From: Takakia lepidozioides
Lineage: Eukaryota; Plantae; Bryophyta
Direction of reading: 5' to 3'
Assembly: GCA_030704615.1 (NCBI GenBank)
Contig: CM060734.1
Span: 54,994,001 to 55,058,000, forward strand
DNA length: 64,000 bases
Shown: in pieces, positions 37,601 through 50,600 of the stretch
Layout of the letters: each line of letters starts with the position of its first letter
Numbering within the stretch: the stretch's first letter is position 1
Position numbers and translations under genes: made by a program
The notes under the pieces: generated by a model
What the model saw: only the letters and a program-made list of their open reading frames with translations
Databases searched by the model: none
What the model was told of the DNA's origin: nothing

Positions 37601-38626
37601 GATCTACCTTAGCAAGTCCCGTGGAGCTACAAGGAAGAATCGAGGCTCTACGTGTACGCACATCTACTTTCTTACATATTGAAGAGCTGGCGATCAAGTC
37701 AGTGCAGCCACAGTCCTCTGGTCTCGCGAAGACTAGAAAGACAAAGAAAATGGTAAGAATCTCGCGCCACACTGGGCCTTTACGGCGAATGTGACCACTG
37801 TGCACAATTTGCGTCAATGCAGGCTCACAGATTATGAGAATTGAGCGGCTTGTGATGAAACCTAAGACTTCATTGTCCACAGTTTCAACTTAGCCGCATC
37901 AGACCTGTAGTGCTATCAAGTTGAACTGGTAAACCAGAATTTTTCAAGTCAAGGCCAGTAGATGTATTCATGATCCACCATCGATAGTCCAGCAGAGTAG
38001 TGCTTGGATGTTGAAAATTTCCCTTACCACATAATTAGCTCTGGGACATGGGAATTTGGTACCATGATTTCACATATGGAGCAGGTAAACACCTTGAAAA
38101 GTTCACAGAGACATCTACAGTCTCGGATAAAGCTTGCAACTTGGACCCACGGTAGGTGAACATTCGGAAGCTTGAGAGAATGGAGCAGCGCTAGAGTTTA
38201 AACAACGGCCTGAGTGGTCTAAGAAACTCTGCGAAATTGTTGAAGTGTGCATGTGCAATTCTATTGGCGTGCCTGCAATGGAGTGCTCGGTGGACAGCTA
38301 TTATGTGCAGGACAAACTTCCAGTATTAAAAATCTACCAGTTGATCATTTTTGGTCAGGACTGGTAAGAGGTGGATGATGTCTGAAAGATGTGCATCTCT
38401 GTCTGAATGGTGTATACAGGGAGGGCCAGTAATGACTCATCGTGTTGGCCTAGATGCGGCCTGGCCATTGTGGTTAAAGCCGTTGCTAGAGACAAGCTTT
38501 TTCTCCACATGTCCAGTTCATGGGGTGTCGAACAAAAGTGAGTGCAACCTGTTCTGTCTGGATTGCATGGGAGAGGGAATTTGCTCCTTTTGCCTTGTCG
38601 ACCACAAGGATCATCACGTTGTTCAG
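34656..38626 (+). CDS. PLATZ: PLATZ transcription factor, 5' part (putative exon 34656-34712, exon 38420-38626); remainder lost at gap
   Basis: WLKPLLETSFFSTCPVHGVSNKSECNLFCLDC...CSFCLVDHKDHHVVQ followed by a GTGAG donor is the PLATZ N-terminal Zn-binding region. The first exon is inferred from phase-0 compatibility only. Confidence 0.85.
35905..35957. repeat. GA-rich microsatellite
   Basis: Imperfect (GA)n run. Confidence 0.9.
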
Positions 38627-38733
38627 GTGAGATATCACTGGTACCTCTCAAAGCTGGTAGCTGGTGGACGGACATGCATTTTGTTAGTACTTCTTAGTGG
38701 CAGATGACGGCCACTACCAACCTGCATGCCGCG

Positions 38734-39233
38734 NNNNNNNNNNNNNNNNNNNNNNNNNNNNNNNNNNNNNNNNNNNNNNNNNNNNNNNNNNNNNNNNNNN
38801 NNNNNNNNNNNNNNNNNNNNNNNNNNNNNNNNNNNNNNNNNNNNNNNNNNNNNNNNNNNNNNNNNNNNNNNNNNNNNNNNNNNNNNNNNNNNNNNNNNNN
38901 NNNNNNNNNNNNNNNNNNNNNNNNNNNNNNNNNNNNNNNNNNNNNNNNNNNNNNNNNNNNNNNNNNNNNNNNNNNNNNNNNNNNNNNNNNNNNNNNNNNN
39001 NNNNNNNNNNNNNNNNNNNNNNNNNNNNNNNNNNNNNNNNNNNNNNNNNNNNNNNNNNNNNNNNNNNNNNNNNNNNNNNNNNNNNNNNNNNNNNNNNNNN
39101 NNNNNNNNNNNNNNNNNNNNNNNNNNNNNNNNNNNNNNNNNNNNNNNNNNNNNNNNNNNNNNNNNNNNNNNNNNNNNNNNNNNNNNNNNNNNNNNNNNNN
39201 NNNNNNNNNNNNNNNNNNNNNNNNNNNNNNNNN
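38734..39233. other. Assembly gap (500 N)
   Basis: Run of N. Confidence 1.
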
Positions 39234-39350
39234 CGTCCTTTGGTGAGAGAACCCCGGACACTGTATCAGAAAATGAATATTGTCTTCAGATTGCCCACAC
39301 AACGGGCAATTGCACTCTCCCTTTCCTCTCTGCTTCTGTTTGCTGTTCAA
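39234..39350 (-). mobile_element. Fragment of a LINE ORF2 C-terminal Zn finger
   Basis: CPLCGQSEDNIHFLIQC fits the CxxC...E...H(L/F)LxxC zf-RVT pattern and runs into the gap. Confidence 0.55.
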
Positions 39351-40509
39351 AGGTAGGCTTCCTGCCCTGAGTTTAAATTTCAGTCTAGTGCCGAGGGAGA
39401 GAAATGGGGGGAGAGAAAGAGAGAGAGAGAGTTGTTGGGACTTGCAGCATCCTAAGTTTCCGGATTCAACATAAATTAGTGTAGATACATAGAGAACACG
39501 ATATTAATCTTATTTGTGATTTGGAGTTGCAAGGATTTTGTGCAACAAATCTTGTGGTTTTCATTTTTATCCGACATGGTCACGAGAAGCTTGAATCTAG
39601 CATTTTGTGGTTCACATTTTTTCTTACCAAGATATGAACATTACTAAATCCTGTTAATGACCTAGTCCATGATCCAGCTGAGTACTGCTGAATGTACCCT
39701 TCTGCATGGCCCACAAAAAGTACTTCGAGAATCTTTATGCCATACAGCAACAACTCGCGGGCTGGTCAAGTAGAGTTGACACTGCACGTTACAGAAATTC
39801 AATGTGATAGCACGGCACTGAGTCAGTGGGATTTTGAAGTTGCAGAAGGCAAACATATTTTATGACCAACTTTGCCCTGCTCGTCGACCCCAAAAACCGT
39901 GACCTTCCATGGGTCTGGTTCTGAGTGATAATGGACGCTGCAGGAGGGCCCGCTGTGAATAACAAGCCCTCTTCAGCTCGGCTGTCCAACCCAAGAACAC
40001 GTCGATGCCCACAAAGGATATTGTAAAGCATCCTAAGAAACAGTCCCTTCTCCTCCCTCAAAAAAACTTTTCACATACACTTGTGTACAGTCTGACTGCG
40101 GACAAGAAAAGAGACCCTCGAAAGCAAACAAGAGACTTATGACATTTACTGAGTCAGCAAGCCCTACAGTCAGTTGCATCTTGTGGTCCTTTTCGGTAAT
40201 ATAGTTGCCAAAATCACTCAACTTTTGTGATTGAGTTCATGCCAGTGCGTACCTTTCCCTATCTAATGTTGTTGTAGGCCAGGGAAGAAACGCCGTTTCT
40301 TGGCATGCAAGTGACGCCCAGCTTCTCTTGACCCTACATGGTGCTCAAACCGCAGCTGCCACAAAAGCAGATACTTATTTTGGAAAGAGCAATATGGTGA
40401 TGATTTTATGATTCAGAGGACGACAATCTTGAACGGGATAGCAAACAAACAAGTCATATCCTTCAAGAGTTGGAAGGTAAGTGATCTACCTTTGATCTGA
40501 TTCAGCCTC

Positions 40510-43401
40510 TTATTCTGAGCTTGGCTTGTTACTATGGGTACTGCTAGTAGTGAGCATGTCATCAAGAAATTTGGGTTGCGGCACTGGGTGCTCGATAGCG
40601 ACGTGGCCTTCCAGCATATTCACAACCATCGTCATTGTAGGCCTTTGCTCAGGCTTGTCATTGATGCACCAAAAGGCCACTAGCAACGCCCTTTCGACCT
40701 CCTTGGCGTCCACGATTCCGCTCAACAATGGATCCACGACCTCGAGGAATGCTCCAGTTTTAATCTTGGCAAAAGTCCACAAAGGGTAGTACTAGTCGGA
40801 CTGCATGTCGGTCTCATGCTCGTCTTTCCAAGTGATTTTTAGGTTGCGTCGGCCGCTGACAATCTCGAGCAGCACCATACCGTAGCTGTAGACGTCAATT
40901 TTGGCGGTGAGCATGTGGTCGGAAGTCAACTCCGGAGCCAAGTAGCCGAAGGTGTCACGAATGTGTGTTGTCGTTGTGCGCGTCTGCTCTTGATTCAGGA
41001 TCAGTGAAAGCCCAAAGTCTGCAACTTTGGCGGACATCGTGGAGTCAAGAGGATGTTCTCCGGCTTGACATCGCAGTGGATAATGCGCTGGTCTCGCACG
41101 TCCTCGTGCAGGTACACCAGGCCCCGCGCTGTTTGGATGGCAATCTTGAAGCAGGACCTCCACTACAGGATAGGCGCATCTGACCTCTGGTCCCCACGGA
41201 AGAGAGTTTTGTCGAGGGAGCTGTTCTCCACGTACTCGTACACTAGCAACTTGTGATCAGCTGTCGAGCAGAAGCCGTGGAGTTGCACCAAATTGACGTG
41301 ATGAATGCGTCCAATCGGGTCGACCTAGTTAACAAATCCTTTCTCTCCAACACCCAACTTCTCCAACTTCTTTAGTCGTTTCACGGCCACCACGGCCTGC
41401 TTTCCGATCTCTCCCTTGAACATGGACCCATAGCCCCCTTTCCCGATCTCCTCCGCAAAGTCTCGGGTTGCCAGTCAAATCTCATCATACTTGAAATTTA
41501 CAGTCGTGCCTCTTGACGCAATCCATTTCTTCTCCAACCTTTTCATTTGAAGGCTTCTTAATTTTCGAACAACGGTAAAACACCCTAACATGCACAATGT
41601 CACGCTGAGGAAGAGAATCGTTGTGCCCAGTAAGATCAGTGCTATCAGTAGTTTCTGTTCAAGAGAGAGACTCCGACGGGTCTGGCCGGCGATTTTGATG
41701 TAGGACGTCAGTGCGGAGTTAGTGGTGACATTACCGTTGGTTATACCCCAAATCTTGAGCCAACAGTGGTAAGTCCCGTCTGTCTTTTGCTCAGTTACGC
41801 AAACCTCACAAGAACATAAATTCAAGCATTTCCATGCAAAAAATCGTACTTACATTCTCTAAAGGTAAAGCCTGTACTAGAGCTGGTCGCATAAAGCAAT
41901 CTCCACCACGATAGTCGACGTAGTCCATCACAATCATTTGCAGATTGTTGTCGACAGTAGTGTTCTCGCTGCAGAGCGTGCTAATGGCCTTGATACGTCT
42001 GCACCCTTGAGATGGATCATTAGCATCGATAAACTGAAATCCCTCAGGACAGAAGCATTGATTAGAGCGGCAATATCCGTAGCGACCACAAGCACCAAAC
42101 ACAACACAGATGTCTGGAAGAGCTTGCCATTCTACACTCCACTCTTCTGAACTCCCACCAACCATAGATTCGTAAAATGCCATCAGAGTCAAACGTTACT
42201 CGGCGCAAACGACCTGTCCATCCATTGTCATTGCTAGTTCCAATCACACTCGAGCTATTTTCCGACGCATTGTTTGCTAGAAACTGACCCTCTGTTGTCA
42301 AAACAGCGTATGAGGAGCCTGGCGTAGCGGAATCCCAGTAAGAGGGAGTTAATGGTTCAGCCCAGTCAAGGGGAGACTGCCAGTAAGCGGTAAGGCTTCC
42401 GTCGGCGGACCAATTAAGTGAATAGCTGGTTTGTGTCCAGCTATCACGTTTCATGCGACCATGGCCATCGTATTGGTAAAATGTTGGCCCGGCAAGAGAG
42501 TGTCAGTGGGGTTGTCAAAGCTTTGCCAAACTGGGACCTGGTTGAGTCCGTTGAGGAGGACAAGGTTTCCCGTATCAAGCATGGCGGCCATGCTCACATT
42601 CGCCTGCACAGTGCACAGTGCAGAGTTTCATGATCATTGCCTAATTTATACTCCAAATGCTTGAAAAACTAGAGGATAGCATGTAGCTCTACTGTCAACA
42701 CCTTGAAATCTGTAATTCCTATGAGAGCCCGATGGTCCAGGCTAGAATCACATACTCTCCCCGTATGATTCCAATCGCAATTAAGAATTATCATGTCCAG
42801 TGGATACAATTATTTTGCGTCAACAACCTATCTCAAGACTCGTTTACAAGTGTAGCAAATCTGATGTCGTTCATGAGACAACCTGACCATGCAATTCACG
42901 TGTCAGCATCTAATGGGTATTTACACATTCGATCGTGCATGCATTTTGACTTACATCTGTTGTGTTTGAAGTCCACAGAGGTTGCGCAGACAAGTCGCCA
43001 TCGTAGTACACCTCAAGATCTCCTCGAGCAGTCAACCACATGGTGGCGTTACTGCTCAAGTTCATGGATCTGTCTGCCATCCACACCACTGTTTTCTCAG
43101 GAGATCTCTGAGCATACCATACAGCAAGCGTGAAAACTGGGGACGTCACATTCGGTTGCTTCCAAAATCCCAGCTCAAAAACTCCACCAGGTGATAATAA
43201 GTTCTGATTATTTCCGTTTGCAAGCAGTGTGGAGTTCAACGTCATGTTGCTCGGTGACAACTTACATGTTGTGCCGCGGATCATGCACACTGTTATAAAG
43301 AGCACCAACTGGAGCTGAGAATGACGATTCCTGGATTTTAATACACTTCTAAATATCCGCACTGCAGGGCACTCTGAATCCATTGTCGTCGACAGTATCA
43401 T
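40510..43401 (-). pseudogene. G-type (S-domain) lectin receptor-like kinase pseudogene
   Basis: B-lectin (SPGGVFELGF, TVVWMADR, WQSFDNPTDTLLPGQ), EGF-like CVVFGACGRYGYC, PAN, TM and kinase (GKGGYGS, HHVNLVQLHGFC, IIHCDVKPEN, KVADFGL, DVYSYGMVLLE). In-frame stops near 41475, 41326 and 40792, plus frameshifts. Intron ~42611-42953. Confidence 0.9.
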
Positions 43402-45399
43402 ACAGCAATTAATAGGGCGCTGCAAGATATATCTTGGTGATTCAACTCTATAATTGCTAGTACTATTGTATCTAATGTCATTCCCTCTGCCTCATGTACA
43501 TACATGAACCTTCCATCTCAAAAGTTGACTGTATGTACATTAAATCACGAAGAACATCCACGCAATGAAAATATATGTATATTCTCCTTAACCAGATTTA
43601 GAAGTGGAAAGCTCATCTCACGACGACTACCCTGGCCGTAAGCCTCTTAAAGTTTACTATCAGAAGGAGCTCAGAAGACGGACCAGGGAAAAAAAACCAA
43701 ATGAAATTGAGCTGTCTTATGCCTCGAGCTTCAACTATTCGAGTAGATCATAGATGCATACAAGAGGAATCATGCAGACGGACTTCGGAGATGGATACTC
43801 CACCATTTCTGGCCGAGGTATGAAGGAAGGATGAAGGATTCAAGACAAGAATTAATGGAATGGTCTTTCAAGGTGCAAATAAGAAATTTTTGTTTCTAAC
43901 TGACGTGCACAAACAGTCTTTACAATGAAGATACAGATGGATTGAGCATGGCCAGCATCGAGCAGGAGAAACTAAAGTCTAACACACAGCAAGAACAAGG
44001 ACAATGAAGCCTGCCAAGAGATCAGTGTGCTGCTCGCCTGGAACAGCGGCGCTGCATGCTACTAACTTATGTATACCGAAGAGTTCCTGCCCATTGGGCA
44101 GGAACGTTTTACATAATTCCTTTGTACAAGTAGCTGACCGGGTCAGAATAGGTAGCCAGAAGAAAAAAAAGCACTGGGAGAGGGAGACTTTCATTGCTTG
44201 GACTTTTGTACCTACAGTAGCCTATGACCGATTAGCGGATAATTAATTCAAATTCAAAGTGCCTAATGCGTTTTGGTAATTTTCAAATTTTCGCCTAATT
44301 GCTGGGAAATTATTTGGCAAAAGTGCCTAATTACTTGAAAATTTGAGCAAATGTTTCCAAACCTTTCTCATATTGCTTGTAATGTAAGAGAAAAATTTCA
44401 TAGATCAATACACACCGTTCTTATCAATAAAATGCAAGCATTTCTTGTTTTTTGAAACATTGAAGAGCCGCGAGGGCTTGATGCTAGACTGCTTTGTAGA
44501 ACGCGGTGAGAGGGACTTGGGACTTAGTCGTTTTCTGCTAAGTCACCCTCATCGTGAACGGAAGCTCTGATGCGTCATCACTTCTTCTACGCCCTGCTGA
44601 CGAACTAATGCTAGTCGTAGCCCCAAGTCACTGCAACCACTACGAGTGCCTGCTTCCCAAACCACAGTCGATCTTCTCCACTTTCGTTGAGCTACGTCTC
44701 AATCTCTATCTCGCCTCTCTCGGAACGAAAATGGTATTTTTTAATACACGTCTCTCAATTATCTGATGAAAGATGTCCCTCACAGGATTCCCTCTCTCAC
44801 ATACGGATGTGCTCATCCCGCTCTGAACCCTTCTCTCTTCTCACTTCTTTCTTCATCCAGGAGATAAGGCTCTTCACTATCTTTGTCTCTTGCTCTTCAC
44901 GAGCAGCTCTCGATTTCTGTGATCTTCGTGCGTATTGCCAGTCGAATGGCCCTCCTCGCTTTCCGCTGCTGCTCGTTGTGATGGGTTTACTCAGTGACAG
45001 TTTTTGTCACGCGCAGAACTAAAATCTAGAGGTCTTACAACTGACACCAAGCAAGTGCCTGGAGATAAGTCCTCTTTTTCCCTCCTTCTCCCCCTCTCCT
45101 TCCCGCTTCTGTTCGAACTGATTCCCTCTCTTTCTCTCCTTTGATCCATCCCTCCCTTATTATATGTGAGGATCCCTCTGTGACGATACTCCTTCCAGTG
45201 CTCCCTCTGTAACCTCATCTCTATCTTGTCACTGCAAATTTGTTCTCTAGTGGTGAACCTTTTTTGGGAATTCTTGAGTCTGCTTAAAGACTTCCTATTC
45301 CCTGGAGTGTTTAATTTCATGTCTCTGTCCCGCCCTCTAGTGGCTCTCCCAGGAACAATGTGCATAGGGCGGTCAGGCCCGCCAGGGATCACAGGAGAA

Positions 45400-47520
45400 A
45401 TGGTCCAAACAGTAGAAACAGGGGTTTGGGGTTGTTGGGTTCGGCTCCCCTCTCACCACCAGGAAGGCTAGCTAAACTCTAGAGTGAGTCAGCAGCCAAC
45501 TGCTCAGAGGAACAACCTATCCTAAATCTCGATTTGAATGTTATAAAAGAGCACTCCAAAAAGCTATCTGAGCAGGGGATTCTTTTACACTTTCCTGGTA
45601 GGGTAAGAGATAGGCATTGGGCCAGAATGTGGACAATTGAACATTTAGGAGCTGATGGTGGGCTCACCCCCCCCACTTCTGTCATCCCTTGGGGAGGGGA
45701 TTTTTTTCTAGTATGTTCAGTCCTGCGGAACATGCGGCCAAGGCTCTGAAATTTAATGTGAGGCGATCTAGGTACAGGGTACACATCTTCCCCTTGTCAA
45801 CGGATTGGGACCACAAATTGGGAGTAACTTGCAAACCCAGGATAATTGTGCTTCCCTACCTCCCCGGCGATTACCTTCGCTCTCTCCCTGAAATAGGGGC
45901 GTACTTTGGGGCCTTCGTAGGGACCATGAAAGTGAATGACTTCGAGGATGCCGACATCTTGAGCATTGACCCTGATGGTCACCAAAACTACACTTGGGAT
46001 TCTGGAGTCCCCAAGATTGTAGTGTGGATGGCGGAGTCTGCAAAAATTCCAGATAACTCATTCATTACGGTATCTCTGTTTGAGGAATGCCTTAATATTC
46101 TTTGCCACTTATGTCATAGGGAGGGACACATAAAGGCTGACTGCCCTCAAAATAAAAAGACAAAGCTTACTAACTCCCAGCCTTTGAATGTCATTGCTGC
46201 CCAGATTCAAGAAGATACTACTCCTGCCATGGAGGGCAGCCACATGAGCCCTCAGCATCCCGTTGAGGAAGCCTCCCCGAGCGAAGGTCCTCCCCAGAAA
46301 AAAATCAAGGGTGCAGTCCACCCCCTCTTCTTCCCAAATTCTTAGTCCCAGAGACGTGTTCATTTCGCCATTCCTTACTGTGGCTAGAACAAGAGAGGCA
46401 GTTCTATTCCAGCTGGCAGAAGGAGCTCTTGATAACTTGGATGCGTTCTGTAGTAGGCTGAAATCCTTCTCCGGGCTGGGATTACCTGACAATTCTGCAC
46501 CGGATGGACCCCTGTGGGTATCAATTCTTGAATAACACCAGTGGTCTTTAGAAGCCCTGGAGGGGTGCCTGAAATATTGTTTTATGTTGGAAACACATTG
46601 TGGGATCGGGGCTGCTCCCGGAAGACCTCCGTGCTCTTGCACCTGGAAAGGAGATGGAGGTAATCCTCTCCAAGGTCCAAAAAATATTCTCCTCCCTCCT
46701 CCCTCATTTTTCCTTGCTGCCATCTACCTCTATTTATTTCGGCTTCTTCCTACACCAGTGCAAGTCTGGTAAATTCTCAATTCAGGTCATTCCAGCTATT
46801 AGGGCAACTGAGATGTACATGCAAGAAGATGTCTTTTCTCCCCTAAGATGGTTGGCAGGAAAGTAAATCCCATCAGATTTGGAAAAAGCAGAAAACATGG
46901 AATTCTTGGCAGTGGATCTCAATGTTGGGATGATGTTGGTGGAAAAGATCCTCCACAACCAAAGGAGAGGTGAAGGAGAAGGCCCATCAGAAGCCCTTAT
47001 CTTCTCTCTCAGAGATATGGAGGCGATAGTGACCCCCTTGGTGAGCTATGGCACTTCTGTTTCTGTGCATAGGCCTTTCATCATATCTGATGTTTCTTTG
47101 TTGTAATGGAAGGAATCTGCTCTCAATCTGTACCCCTCCGCGGGATCATTTCTATCTTTGGGCAGATCATAGCTGTCATTCATTCTCTCTCTGCTTCCTG
47201 CTGCTTGCAATCCCCCCTTGTCTGGGATACCTTTCTGCATAACACCCAGGTTTGGGCAGGTGATGCCTGCTGCCTACGAGACTACATCCTTCTTTTGAGA
47301 CAGCTGAAAGCTGTGAGTGGTACAAAATGTAAGCGCGGATTCCGGCCCCACAGAGGAATGCAGATGGCCTGCCAAGGATATGGACTTAATAGGCTCGAAT
47401 TACACGTGGGCCTGCCGAGAGCCATAAACGTGTTTAAGCCTGAGCAACTGGCGCTCCCGGAGAAGATCGTGGACCTGAGTTGGGGCGCCAAGTTGACCCG
47501 CTCGGGGTTATTTTGATTGT
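45400..47520 (+). pseudogene. LINE ORF1 (CCHC zinc knuckle) with long, disrupted C-terminal extension
   Basis: CHLCHREGHIKADC at ~46100, with protein-like frames continuing to ~47500. Confidence 0.7.
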
Positions 47521-47641
47521 GCGCCATTCCCACCTGCTTCTTCTCCATATGGCTTTCCTTCTATTTGCAATTCTGGTGCTGTTCCAAATACCAGCCATCA
47601 AATCATGATTGTGTAATCATGGGCTGTGGTCTGTTTCCTCC

Positions 47642-50600
47642 ATGACATGGACGTTGCATTCCTGGAATGTGAGAGGTATTGGCTCCGATGCCTCTGCACC
47701 AAAGCGAAGAAGAATCAAACACTGGGCCTCCTCTCTCTCTACCTCTGCAGCTAGCATCTTCCTCCAAGAAACGAAATTGGATCTCTACTAAATCAACTCT
47801 ATTGGGAATTCTTTCTGGTCCTCCAACCAGTGCTGGTGGAATCCAACAGTCTCCTCCTCGAGAGGGGGTACAGCAATTTTGGTCTCTCCAGTGCTTCTCT
47901 CTTCCATCCATGAGGTGCAAAATTGGGTGCAAGGGCGTGCTCAGTGTCTTTTCACCAAACCTGATTGCAGCTTTGGTTCCACAGCTTTCCTGAACATTTA
48001 CGCCCCAAATTCCTCTATTGAGAGGGCAAAATTGTGGGACACCATCAGATGAAAGGTTCTTGATCTCCCTCAGGTTACCAATTGGATTGTTGCTGGAGAT
48101 TTCAACATGGTAGATAACTACAACGACCGCATGGCTCATTCTTTGCAACTCCTCTCCGACTCAGAGCAGATTGCGTGGGATATGCTCTGCTTCTCAGTAG
48201 GGTTGGTGGATGTTTTTGCCGCTACAGCTGATAGTCTGAAGTATACTTGGTCAAACATGAGGCTCCCCCCCAACCTCAACATGGCCAGGTTGGACCGAGT
48301 GTACTGCTCCCATTCACCTTTATCCTGGTCGCAATGCCTCCCTCAAGGCCCGATTCTTCCAGACTTTGATCATGCGGAGGTGGCCACCTCCTTCACTCCT
48401 CCTGGATCTTACTCCAGAGGGCGGGGATACTTCAAGCTCAACCCAACAATCTTAAAGAAGTAGGAAAATCTGCAAGCATTGAAACAAGTCTGGCTTCAGG
48501 TTGGTAATGTGTTCTCATCACCAACAGCTTCCTTCCTTCACAAGCTCATGATCACTAGAGCTAAGGCGCAAACTCTTTCACGAGCCCTTGCGTTGGAAAG
48601 GACTAAAAGACAAAAGGCGTTGGAAAAATGCTTGAAACATTGTCAAAGGAGGCTGGAGAATGGCAAGGGTAGATGCAGACTAGAGTGGCTCAGTTTGGAA
48701 TTTGCAGTTTTCGACTGACTGCTTGTCATATTATTCTTCACCCTATACACATAAATATATATTCATAGCAAATGGACTTAGAATGGGTTAGCCACTTACC
48801 ATATGTACATGTGGTACAATTATTTTGGAATTTGCATCAAATCTCATGAAGCTATGGACTTTTGTAGGGAATTCCAATGGACTGTCACAGTCCATTAGAT
48901 GTCCCATTGGATGTCCCAAATGCCATCTGGAAAACCTATTTGTGCAAAACCAATTCATATATGGACTTTACAACTAGATACACAATGTTTGAATAGACAT
49001 AAATATAAATTTGTGAATAATTCCATCCATCCATCAAGACACTATGGACTTTTTTGTACCAAAAAAACCCCAAAATGACGATTTGTCCATAGCATTTTGA
49101 AAAATTCATATTTGGGTGGAGATCTTTGCTAAGAATATACATATTGTTATTGTCTCTAGGAGATTATTGTTATATGGACAAATTTCATAAACTACAAGAT
49201 AATATTAAATAGCTATTATTCTAAATAAGGAAAAAATATTTAAAAATATATATATATAATAAAAAAATATCTCAAATATTTGGGATGAGACCATTTACTA
49301 AATATGATTAGTAAACCATTACCTATGAAGATAAAAATATATTTGAACAAATATCCTTAATTAAAAGGTGCTTTAATTTTTTCTCATGGACTTTCAGTGG
49401 AGGGCACATCTGCCGCTTTTGAGCCAGTAAAGTCTGCACTTACCCGCAGATCTGATGAGGTCACAATGGATTCTTACCTTACTGTAAAGAGACACCTAAA
49501 GGCCCTTTCTGCTAAAGTGGAGAACTTCATGAGAGTGAGGGCAGGGGTAAACTAGTCAATGAAGGGCGAAAAAATGAACGCCTACTTCTTCCTCAAAACA
49601 AAACAAAGGAGAGAAGCAACGCAAATCAGTTTTATCTCCAACGCTAACGGGGAGGTGATAGCAAAACCAAAAAAAATGGCGGAGGAAGCGGCCTCCTACT
49701 TCTCAAATCTCTTTTCCAGAACCCAAGAAATTGGTATTGACAGCTCTAGAGCCGAAGTGCTTGGTTCCTTCCCTTTTCTTCTCTCTGAGGCAGATCAGAC
49801 AGAACTGTCTAAGCCATTCACAAATATGGAGTTATTACAAGCAATAGAGTCCCTGAGCTCTATGAAGACCCCCGGACTTGATGGATTACCTGTGGAGTTT
49901 TTCAAAGCTATGTGGGATTGCATCGGAGATGACTTTTTAAGCATGGCCAACGACATCCTCCTCAAAGGGATAATGCCCTCGCAAATTGCGCAAGGTGTCA
50001 TAACGCTGGTGTATAAGAAAGGAAACAAGGACAACCTTTCTAACTACAGACCCATTACTCTGTTGAACTCCACATACAAGATCTTGGCGAAGGCACTAGC
50101 ATTGAGACTTCAACCCCTGCTACCGAGGCTCATCAGGCCAGAGCAATTAGGCTTCCTACAAAACAGGATGATACTTGATAATATACTGCTGGCGAATGAG
50201 GCTCTCTACACTGCGGAGTCTGCTCACCAGCCCTTGGCTTTGCTCATGTTGGACTTCCAAAAGGCCTTCGACAATAGAAACTGGGAGTATTTGTTGGGTG
50301 CTCTTGAAGCTTTGGGTATAGTTGGCAACTTCCGTTCTTGGATTGGTATTCTCCTAAATTCTGCCTCCAGTAAAGTCATGGTAAACGGGGCCTTGTCCAA
50401 ATCTTTCCCTCTTTTCAAATCTGTATGCCAAGGATGTCCTTTAGCCCCCTTCTTGTTCCTTATTGATGCCGACGGTCTAGGTCATCTTATGGACAGGAGA
50501 AATGACTCTATAGGTCTTCGTATCCCTCACTCTCCTGCCTTGGACCCTTCCTCCTCAATTATATCCTCTCTCTATGCTGGTGACACCTCCTTTTTTATTG

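Noticed and set aside
44506-44530. Similarity to the start of the Gypsy LTR (GAGGGACTTGGGACTTAG), which would mean the LINE inserted into the 5' LTR
   Set aside because: The match is under 20 bp, lacks the TG terminus and does not extend into the ACAGCC array.
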